From the NCBI GenBank assembly GCA_030611415.1, contig JAUWPW010000004.1, forward strand, positions 1-48,565: a DNA stretch of 48,565 nt. The letters are read 5' to 3'. Under the pieces are notes generated by a model that saw only the letters and a program-made list of their open reading frames with translations, did no database searches and was not told where the DNA came from. This document shows, one piece after another, positions 1 to 8,200 of the stretch. The DNA is from Candidatus Bipolaricaulota bacterium (GTDB taxonomy: Bacteria > Bipolaricaulota > Bipolaricaulia > UBA7950 > UBA9294). Position 1 is the stretch's first letter; the number at the start of each line of letters is the position of its first letter. The translations under genes were made by a program, and so were the position numbers.

Positions 1-2
1 TG

Positions 3-653
3 CTTGATCTATGGGTAGAGGCGTGGCGGAAGAGTCACGCCCAAGGCGAGGTATACATCGTGCGATATGCCGATGACTGGGTGATGGGGTTTGAGTACCA
101 CGGTGATGCAGAAGCGTTTCACCATGTATTGGGAAAACAGATGCAGAGCTTTGGACTTAAGCTAAACGCACAGAAGACTCGTTTACTAGAGTTTGGCCGT
201 TTTGCCATGGATAACCGAGCAAAGCGGGGCGAGGGAAAGCCGGAGACCTTTGAGTTTCTTGGGTTTACTCATATCTGTGCGCGCCGTCGCAAAGACAAGG
301 ATTTTATCGTATGGAGGAAGTCAATCGCCAAGCGACTGCGGATGAAGGTTAAACAGGTCAAAGAGGAGCTGGAGCACAGACGGCACGACCCAGTATCCCA
401 ACAGGGTAGATGGGTTTGTAGTGTCGTACGTGGGTACTTTAATTACCATGCAGTGCCGGGCAACATCTATGCCTTAGGACAGTTTCATAAGCAGGTAGGT
501 CGGGCATGGCTGCACGCTCTCCGGCGACGAAGTCAGAAAGGTCGAAGATTGACCTGGGCACGGTTGCAAAAGCTTCTAGACACATGGCTACCGCGGCCGC
601 GGATACTACACCCCTATCCTAATCAACGTCTTCGCGTTACAAACCCGAGGTAG
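3..653 (+). CDS. ltrA: Group II intron reverse transcriptase/maturase, 5'-partial, no endonuclease domain
   Basis: Frame open from position 3: LDLWVEAWRK...IVRYADDWVMGF, FEFLGF, GYFNYHAVPGN, WLPRPRILHPYP. Confidence 0.93.
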   Translation, partial: LDLWVEAWRKSHAQGEVYIVRYADDWVMGFEYHGDAEAFHHVLGKQMQSFGLKLNAQKTRLLEFGRFAMDNRAKRGEGKPETFEFLGFTHICARRRKDKDFIVWRKSIAKRLRMKVKQVKEELEHRRHDPVSQQGRWVCSVVRGYFNYHAVPGNIYALGQFHKQVGRAWLHALRRRSQKGRRLTWARLQKLLDTWLPRPRILHPYPNQRLRVTNPR

Positions 654-727
654 GAGCCGGATGAGCGTAATTCCTCACGTCCGGATCTGTGCGGGGGGCG
701 CCCAGCAATGGGTGTCCCTACCGCGAC
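654..727 (+). ncRNA. Group II intron catalytic domains V and VI
   Basis: GAGCCGGATGAGCGTAATTCCTCACGTCCGGATC (AGC triad), then GGGGGCGCCCAGCAATGGGTGTCCCTACCGCGAC with a bulged-A stem and AC terminus. Confidence 0.88.
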
Positions 728-772
728 GACACAAAGCCAGTCCAAAGTCCAACGTCCAAAGCCTGAAAGCAG

Positions 773-850
773 GTGAACACAGGAGAGGTTACAGCAATTA
801 AGAGGTTTGAAGATATCGAGGCATGGAAAGCCGCTCGAACAATCAATTAA
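773..850 (+). pseudogene. N-terminal stub of a four helix bundle (23S rRNA IVP-like) protein
   Basis: Translates VNTGEVTAIKRFEDIEAWKAARTIN*; FEDIEAW.KAR-type N-terminus, cut off where a TTAACCGCAGAG repeat begins. Confidence 0.6.
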
Positions 851-1069
851 CCGCAGAGAAGAGCAAAATGATGGGTTAGAGGCAAAGACATCTTACTCCA
901 CTACAAACAAAGACATTTAACCGCAGAGGGCGCAGGGGAAACCGGAAAAGAAAGTTATTAGTTTTCAGTTATCAGAAAAAGAAGTTATCAGCTTTCAGTC
1001 CTCAGTAATCAGTTCCTTGTCTTTCATGCATCACGGATCACCCATTACTCATCACTGTTCGTCGACATC

Positions 1070-1156
1070 TGGATGCCGGATCAAGTCCGGCATGACGGTA
1101 TGCGTCGTCATTCCGGCGGATCCCGGATCGGGGTCCAGAGCAGGGCCCGGAATCCA
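1070..1156. repeat. Pair of CGTC-type REP-like palindromes in inverted arrangement
   Basis: TGGATGCCGGATCAAGTCCGGCATGAC (1070-1096) and GTCATTCCGGCGGATCCCGGATCGGGGTCC...CCGGAATCCA (1107-1156). Confidence 0.75.
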
Positions 1157-1582
1157 ATGTGATGGTGCCTCCACGTTACCCACTACACGTCACTCTTCAC
1201 CGTTTTTCGACTCCCGACTGTCTTTTCACCCGTCACCCATTACCGTCTTTCGACGTTGGACATTGGACGTTGGACTTGTTTTCCCCCCATTTAACCAATC
1301 AACTATTTAACTTGCCTTTGCCTTTCCCGTTCTCCCACTTAACTAGTCAACTACTCAACTGGTTTTGGCTGCTGACTGCCGACTCCCGACTGGGTTTTCA
1401 CTCACCACCTACCACCTACCACTTACCACTCACCGTTTTTCGACGTTGGACTCATAGGAACTATACTCACGCATTGAGGGTTAGTAGGACGCTTGCCGTA
1501 GAGGATAGGATGGCTTTGCGGTAGACTTATGACGGATGTGGAATTGGTGAGGAGGGATTGCAGTGAGACTTAAGCTTGCATC

Positions 1583-3142
1583 ATGACAGCTTCACTTAAC
1601 ATCAGTCAGGATTTGACGCTCGGTCTGGAGGATATTATCGGGCAATGTGTTGCCATTCTTGGCATACGCGGTTCGGGAAAATCGAATACCGCGGGCGTTA
1701 TCTTTGAGGAACTCCTGAGGAACAATTATCCGCTCTCCATTATCGACATTGACGGCGAGTACTTCGGTTTGAAGGAGAATTATGAGGTTCTTGTCGTTGG
1801 ACGAGGGGAAGGGGTTGAGATAGAGGTTGATACTGATTGTGCTGAGGAGATAGCGCGGATTAGCCTGGAGAAGAATGTCCCCGTTGTGCTTGACCTAAGT
1901 ACGTTTCTTTCTGAGGAGCGCAGCCTGTTCCTGAAAGAGTATCTATCTTCTCTCTGGACGTTGGCCGGTCGTCTTCGCCGTCCCTACATTATCGGTATTG
2001 AGGAGGCGCATGAGTTTATCCCCCAAGGAGTGAGATCGGAGTTGAAAGAGTTGATCGCTCGAATTGCTCTTCGCGGTCGCAAGCGCGGACTAGGGGCAAT
2101 TATCGTTTCCCAGCGTAGCGCCAAGGTGGATAAGGATGTGCTTAGTCAGGCAGGTATGCTGTTTCTTCATCGGGTTGTACACGAAGCGGACATGCGTGTG
2201 TATGGTGAGCTTCTTCCTTGGCGAAAGAGCGAAGTAAAGGAGGTTGTTTCCGCGCTCAATACAGGCGAGTGTGTATACGTAAATGGGGATAAGGTAGTTC
2301 CTGTATATGTACGAGAAAGAGAAACCTTTCACGCTGGATTTACGCCATCCCTGCAGGTGGTGGTTACACCGGAGTTAAAGCAGGTGAGCCAATCGATTAT
2401 CGAGGCGATTGAACGGGCAAAGGATGGGCAGGGAAAGAAGTCACGGCTTGCTAGACTGCAGGAGCGCGTAGGGCAGTTGGAGGCATTGTTGACAGAGAGA
2501 GACAAGAAGATCGGCGAATTAGAGGACATAGCACGTACCCTTGGCTATATCAAGGTGGAAGCTGTAGCGCCATCTGTACAGAACGTTTCTGAAGCAATCG
2601 TTCACGCCGCAGAGGGGAATATCAAAGATCACGGAGAGGAAAGACTGTCAATCAAACCCATTGATCGCCAAGTATTGAGCGGAGCCCTTGATTCTTGGAG
2701 CGAGAAGGAGTTTGTTCAAGATGGTAGACCGATCATTGATATTGACTCACCGCCTAGTCACGATCAGCTTCCTCGGGCGGTGAGGAGACATATCAGCCGT
2801 ATCGTCTCGCGGTTAGAAAAGCGACCACTTCTCGAGAGGCGTCTTGTCGCGTTTCTTATTGGTCATACGCCTATCTCTTACTCAGTTAAGCAGATCGCTG
2901 CATGGACTGACTGCGCTGAAGCAGTAATTGTTGATAGCCCTCCCCGAGACTTGCTCGATGCAGGAATTGTCGTAACTGAACGACGATCGGATGGAATCTA
3001 CTACCGTGGCAATCTGAAGGCGTTTGTTATGCGGGAATTCGCTGTCTATCGACCGGATATTGGAGAACATGAGCTTCATCTGGTTACGCAAGCGCTTTGT
3101 GATCGTCTAGCTTCCCTGGTGGGTGAAACTGTCCGAACGTAA
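1583..3142 (+). CDS. HerA/FtsK-superfamily ATPase (DUF87-like) with coiled coil and C-terminal extension
   Basis: Walker A GIRGSGKS, IIDIDGEY, Walker B IIGIEEAHEF, RGRKRGLG and SQRS motifs; heptad segment LARLQERVGQLEALLTERDKKIGELE. Confidence 0.82.
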   Translation: MTASLNISQDLTLGLEDIIGQCVAILGIRGSGKSNTAGVIFEELLRNNYPLSIIDIDGEYFGLKENYEVLVVGRGEGVEIEVDTDCAEEIARISLEKNVPVVLDLSTFLSEERSLFLKEYLSSLWTLAGRLRRPYIIGIEEAHEFIPQGVRSELKELIARIALRGRKRGLGAIIVSQRSAKVDKDVLSQAGMLFLHRVVHEADMRVYGELLPWRKSEVKEVVSALNTGECVYVNGDKVVPVYVRERETFHAGFTPSLQVVVTPELKQVSQSIIEAIERAKDGQGKKSRLARLQERVGQLEALLTERDKKIGELEDIARTLGYIKVEAVAPSVQNVSEAIVHAAEGNIKDHGEERLSIKPIDRQVLSGALDSWSEKEFVQDGRPIIDIDSPPSHDQLPRAVRRHISRIVSRLEKRPLLERRLVAFLIGHTPISYSVKQIAAWTDCAEAVIVDSPPRDLLDAGIVVTERRSDGIYYRGNLKAFVMREFAVYRPDIGEHELHLVTQALCDRLASLVGETVRT

Positions 3143-3147
3143 ATAGT

Positions 3148-3204
3148 TTATATGTACATATAATTGCGTTGCCCATTGATCAATGGGCTCTTTTCTGCTA
3201 GAAT
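3148..3204 (+). promoter_or_regulatory. Putative hpf promoter with two perfect palindromes
   Basis: TTGATC(3176)-17bp-TAGAAT(3199) with extended TG; palindromes TTATATGTACATATAA (3148-3163) and GCCCATTGATCAATGGGC (3171-3188). Confidence 0.55.
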
Positions 3205-3228
3205 TCTATTGGTGAAAGGGAGGGGAGA

Positions 3229-3744
3229 TTGAAGATAAAGATTGCGGAGCGGCATGCGGTGCTAAGTGATTCCTTGCGGTCCTATATCCGGCACAAGACA
3301 GAAGGGTTGAGCCGGTTTTACGACCGTATCATAAGTATTGATGTTATCTTATCAGTGGAAAAGGAGCGGCAAATTGCTGATTTTCACGCCCATCTCACCA
3401 ATAAGAAACTCATTAATGCTCACGAGGAAAGCGCTGATATGTATGCCTCGATTGACGCAGCGCTAGATCACTTGAAGCGGCAACTTGTCAAGCGCAAGGA
3501 TCAGCTTAGAGGTAAACCGTTCAGTGAACCTTCTTTGTCCAAGGAGGCGGAAAAGCCTGATCACAAGAAAATACTCCGCACTGATATCTATTTCCACAAA
3601 CCCATGAGCCTTGAAGAAGCCGTTTTGCAGCTGGAGGCGATCGAGAAGAATTTCCTGGTGTTTGTCAATGCTGATGATGATAAGGTGAGCATTCTTTATC
3701 ACAGGCGTGATGGCAACTATGGCCTGATTGAGCCAAAACGATAG
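3229..3744 (+). CDS. hpf: Ribosome hibernation promoting factor, long form (RaiA/HPF)
   Basis: DMYASIDAALDHLKRQLVKRK, C-terminal KPMSLEEAVLQL...FLVF...YHRRDGNYGLIEP. Confidence 0.92.
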   Translation: MKIKIAERHAVLSDSLRSYIRHKTEGLSRFYDRIISIDVILSVEKERQIADFHAHLTNKKLINAHEESADMYASIDAALDHLKRQLVKRKDQLRGKPFSEPSLSKEAEKPDHKKILRTDIYFHKPMSLEEAVLQLEAIEKNFLVFVNADDDKVSILYHRRDGNYGLIEPKR

Positions 3745-3752
3745 GTGAGGAA

Positions 3753-4829
3753 TTGCAGCGCAAAAAAATGAAAGCTTTGTCGTTGTTTTCTGGGAGCCTT
3801 GCCAGCCGTATAGCAGCTAGATTAGTTGAGCATTTCCCAAATGTAGAAGAGATAGCGCTTCTTTATTTTCGGTGTCCATATTTTGGGGGATATGAGAGAA
3901 TTCGTGAGATCGTCAAAGAAGAGTGGCCTGGAGTGTATTTCCGCACGCAATCACTGAAAAAGGAATACCGTCGATTAGCGAATATCGGCCCTGCAGGATG
4001 TTTTTCGCTTAGGAGCGCTTGTCTCAGTTGTCGCACGATTATGCTATCGCATGCCATTCACTACATGGAACGAATAGGGGCGGATTTTGTTGTCACTGGG
4101 GAATTGATGGGTAAGAATGGGCTTTTTGAGAGAGAAATGCTACAAATTGAGCAAGCTTTGGGAATAAGCGGTCTTATCTTGCGCCCACTTTCGGCGCGTC
4201 TCTTGCCCGTAACTAAGGCGGAGCGTGTGGGCAAGATCGATCGAAATGTTCTGGGTAGATTAACCGTGGATGACAGTGCTGAGTTGGCCAACATTGGTGC
4301 TCGCCTTGGCCTTTTGAGCGGTGATGGATTACCAGCTGAAGTACGTTGTAAGCTGACCTCTCGTCAATTTGGTACGCGATTAGAAGATCTATTAGGAGAG
4401 AGAGGGTTCAATATAAGCTCTTTGAAACTGCTAGATTTTGCTCTTTACTACAAGGTTCCTCCGGATGTGAAGATTGTTGTAGCAAAGGATGAGGAAGAGA
4501 AACGAATGCTGCAGAACTTCTTCCTGCCGCATGATTTACGGGTATACCTTCCTATTCATGGCGGTTCGATGACACTTGTGCGTGCTAATTGGGCGACGAA
4601 ATCACAGGCCGAAACAGAAGAAATCATTGAATTTGCGAGCAGAATCACTGTTACTCATAGTGAAACCGTCAGACGGTCTAGTATGCAGGTGAATTACCGC
4701 TTTGAGAATGACGATGAGACGCTACAGTTAAATGTGTTTCCATTTTCATCCGAGAGGGAGATCTGTAATTACTGCTGTGTTCCTGTTGCCCCTTACGCAA
4801 GTTCTAGCGAGAGCTTGGTTCGGTCTTGA
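3753..4829 (+). CDS. ThiI/DUF814-like adenine nucleotide alpha-hydrolase fold protein with degenerate motifs
   Basis: KALSLFSGSLAS (cf. SGGLDS), CLSCR, ADFVVTGE, LILRPLSARLLP.T.AE..G.IDR. Confidence 0.65.
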   Translation: MQRKKMKALSLFSGSLASRIAARLVEHFPNVEEIALLYFRCPYFGGYERIREIVKEEWPGVYFRTQSLKKEYRRLANIGPAGCFSLRSACLSCRTIMLSHAIHYMERIGADFVVTGELMGKNGLFEREMLQIEQALGISGLILRPLSARLLPVTKAERVGKIDRNVLGRLTVDDSAELANIGARLGLLSGDGLPAEVRCKLTSRQFGTRLEDLLGERGFNISSLKLLDFALYYKVPPDVKIVVAKDEEEKRMLQNFFLPHDLRVYLPIHGGSMTLVRANWATKSQAETEEIIEFASRITVTHSETVRRSSMQVNYRFENDDETLQLNVFPFSSEREICNYCCVPVAPYASSSESLVRS

Positions 4830-4853
4830 AAAAATGTCTGTTCGCGCTATACT
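4826..4853 (+). promoter_or_regulatory. Putative sigma-70 promoter upstream of the FmdB gene and rpoC
   Basis: TTGAAA-16bp-TATACT; a second TTGACA at 4875. Confidence 0.45.
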
Positions 4854-4953
4854 CTTTTTGGAAGGTCAAAATAGTTGACAGAGCTACATTTAATGTAAAT
4901 ACATAAGGGTTTGAATAAGGAATGATCCCCAATCAGGTGGAGGTGGGGAAGGT

Positions 4954-5169
4954 ATGCCTATTTATCGTTATGAATGCAAGGACTGTGGGACGGTTTTCAA
5001 GGTCTTTCGTCGAAATGGGAACGGTAGTCTTGTTGAATGTCCTCACTGTAACAGCCGGATAACCAAACAGTTACTACCTCGCATTGGTGTCATTTATAAA
5101 GGGAACGGGTATTATAGGACCGATTATCAGAACAAGAAACAGACATCTTCAGACAAGACCAAAGAGTAG
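4954..5169 (+). CDS. FmdB family zinc ribbon protein
   Basis: MPIYRYECKDCG...CPHC...GVIYKGNGYYRTDY; RBS GGAGGTG. Confidence 0.9.
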   Translation: MPIYRYECKDCGTVFKVFRRNGNGSLVECPHCNSRITKQLLPRIGVIYKGNGYYRTDYQNKKQTSSDKTKE

Positions 5170-5298
5170 GTTATTGATCTCCCTTGATTCTCATGACTTG
5201 TGGACAGTGGATGCAAGGGACTAGCTGTTTGGTCTGCCGGAAAACTATTGATGACAAGTTGGATGATTTGTCCCGTTTTAGAGAGCACACTATGAGAG

Positions 5299-8200
5299 GT
5301 GAATTCATTGATTTCTGGTGATGATATTAAGCGGATAAAGCTCCAGCTTGCACCTGCATCTGTAGTGATTGGTTGGTCGCATGGTGAGATCACCCAGTCG
5401 GAGACGATTAACTACCGTACTCACAAACCTGAACGAGGTGGCTTATACGCAGAGGAGATCTTCGGCCCGGAGAGCGATTATGAATGTGCCTGTGGGAAGT
5501 ATAAGGGCAAGAAGTACGAGGGAATCACCTGCGAGAAGTGCCACGTACTAGTTACCGACTCCTCTGTGCGACGGGTAAATATGGCGCATATCTCGCTCGC
5601 CAGTCCAGTGATTCATTTCTGGTTCTTGAAGGGAGTCTCTAGCCTGCTGAATCGCCTCCTCGGGATGAAGAAGAAGGAACTGCAGCGAATTGCCTACTAC
5701 GAAACCGAGCCATCTGAGCAAATGCTCTATATAGTGACTACTTCGGAGTGTAAAGAGATTCACTGCGGAGAAACGCTTTATGAATCTGAATATGGCATTC
5801 TTGCTAATGCGTTCCCATTTTCAGTTGAGCCGGCTTACTATGTAGAAGAAGCGCCACGAGTTCTGGCTGATGAGGGCGGGAAGGTCATGATAGAGGAGCG
5901 TCATCTTACTAACGGTGAGAAGATAAGCGCGGTAGTTATCGGAAGCCAGGAATATCCAATCATTGGGGATATTGACTTGTTGGTGGAGGAAGGGGATAAG
6001 GCTTCAGCGGAAACTGTGATTGCCGAGAGACCGGTAGATGAGGTATGTTCCGAGACTGGTTTCGAGATGCTTAGCGTTCGCTATGGGGCAGCTATCAAGG
6101 GCGAGAAGATCGTGGAATTTGTTGATAGCTTGACTTTCCTTGTGACGCGAGTGAAGGATCCGGCAGTACCCCTCAAGATCGGTGATCGCTTGACCTACCT
6201 GGAAAAACGTGCCTATGAGAGAGTCTATCCAGATGGATTTGTTGCCATGACAGGAGCTGCTGGGATCAAGGGGTTGCTTAAAAGCCTTGATCTCGATGAG
6301 TTACATCGCTCCTTGAACGATGAGCTGCAAAGTAGTGTTGCTGTCGGTAATCGACGGCGATTGGTGAGGCGGCTGGAAGTAGTTGATCAGCTGCGTGGTT
6401 CAGGCAACAATCCACAGGATATGGTCCTTGACGTGGTTCCAGTGCTTCCTCCGGCATTGAGACCGATGATTCAGCTTGAGGGAGGAAGGTTTGCCACTAC
6501 CGATGTGAATGATCTATACCGTCGGATCATAAATAGAAATAACCGCCTTAAGAAGTTGATTGATATGGGCGCGCCGGAAGTGATCTTGCGCAATGAGCGA
6601 AGAATGCTCCAGGAGGCCGTTGATGCCCTGATCCATAATGAGAAGAAGGAAACTCCAATTCGCGGGCGTGATAACCGGCCGCTGAAGTCGCTTTCGGAAC
6701 GAATTCATGGTAAGCATGGTCGACTGAGGCGCAACCTTCTTGGGCGGCGAGTTGATTATTCGGGACGAGCCGTGATAGTAGTGGATCCTAAACTAAGGCT
6801 CGGACAGTGTGGTCTTCCTAAGAAGATGGCCCTCGAGCTGTTCAAACCCTTCATTCTTCACAATCTGGAATCAACCACCTTCTCTGATTTTGACGAGATT
6901 AAGAACAAGGCGCTTCGTGGTAAGATGCCAGAGGTGTGGGACATCCTTGAGAAGTTGGTGAAAACTCATCCTGTTTTGCTGAATCGTGCGCCGACATTAC
7001 ACCGGCTTTCTATCCAAGCGTTTGAGCCAGTTCTTGTCGATGGACAGGCCATACATATTCACCCCTTGGTTTGCCAACCGTACAATGCTGATTTTGATGG
7101 GGATCAGATGGCGGTTCATCTTCCTCTTTCTCCAGAAGCCATTGCAGAAGCACGAGAACTGATGGCAGCGCCTCGTAACATACTTTCGCCGGCTAACGGT
7201 GAGCCGCTAAGCCTCCCCACTCAAGACCCAGTCTTTGCCTACTATTATTTGACTGTTGTTGACCCGGAGGGTAAGGGTACGGGAAAATCCTTTCGAGATA
7301 TCATAGAAGCCAGGCGAGCGTGCGAGGAAGGAATAGTTGATCTTCATAGCAGGATCAAGATTAGGATGAATGGAAGGATAGTGGACACAACGCTTGGGCG
7401 CGCTGAGATGAATCTTTGCCTTCCGGAGGAAATACGTAACTACGATCGCGTAGTGGATCGGCGTGTAGTTAAGGAGATAGTCAAAGAGTGTTACCATCGT
7501 TTTGGCTGGGAGAGAACGGCCGAGCTTCTTGATCGCCTTAAGGACCTCGGATTCAAGTACGCTACCAAAGCAGGGCTTACGATTTCACTAAAGGATTGTC
7601 TAATTCCTGAAGAAAAGGAAGGAATCATAAAGCGTGCGTATGCGATAATACGACGAATCAACAGGCTTTACGAATTAGGCTTAGCTACCGAGGAAGAGCG
7701 TGCCAGGACTGTTATCCGCATTTGGCGTAGAACGGTTGACGAAGTTGAGGATGCAACAATGGAAAATCTTCGCCGCCATCTGTTCAATCCTCTTTACGGT
7801 ATTGTTATTTCAGGTGCGCGAGGTGGGCCTGATCAGGTGAAACAGCTGTGTGGGATGCGAGGACCTATGGCTGGCCCATCAGGTGAGATCATTGAGATGC
7901 CAGTTATTTCTAACTTCCGTGAGGGGTTGGATATGATGGAGTATTTTATCTCTACGCATGGTGGCCGTAAAGGTGCTGCTGATACTGCATTGAAGACAGC
8001 CAATTCTGGTTATTTGACTCGCCGTCTAGTTGATGCTTCTTCCGATACTGTTGTGGAGGAAATAGATTGTGGAACCGCGCAAGGTATTGAGGTTAACCCG
8101 TTGCGATTTAGTAAGACCGAGATCATGGAGACAATTGAAGAGCGAATATATGGGCGTGTAGCCAGTAGGCCTATTGTTGACCCAGCTACAGGGGAGATAA

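Larger units (their letters stand above)
1..727 (+). mobile_element. Group II intron, 3' part (5' end outside window)
   Basis: RT YADD motif, maturase domain X, then a DV hairpin (GAGCCGGATG...CACGTCCGGATC) and DVI ending CCCTACCGCGAC at 727. Confidence 0.93.
731..1452. repeat. Mosaic of degenerate 7-8 bp tandem-repeat modules with a shared T-rich junction
   Basis: AGTCCAA x3 (739-759), GTTATCA-type (954-1012), TCACCCA-type (1024-1056), GACGTTG x3 (1252-1276), TCAACTA(N) (1291-1360), CACCTAC-type x5 (1399-1433); 14-bp perfect inverted repeat 746-759/1263-1276. Confidence 0.8.

Noticed and set aside
3-850. Diversity-generating retroelement (RT next to an Avd-like four helix bundle stub)
   Set aside because: The RT is followed by group II DV/DVI and no template/variable repeat pair with A-specific mismatches is visible
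731-1452. CRISPR array or single VNTR
   Set aside because: No constant 23-47 bp repeat with unique spacers, no cas genes, and unit sequences differ between modules
1017-1524. ORFs 1017-1310 and 1159-1524 as genes
   Set aside because: Translations merely reflect the heptamer and REP repeats; no RBS or protein motif
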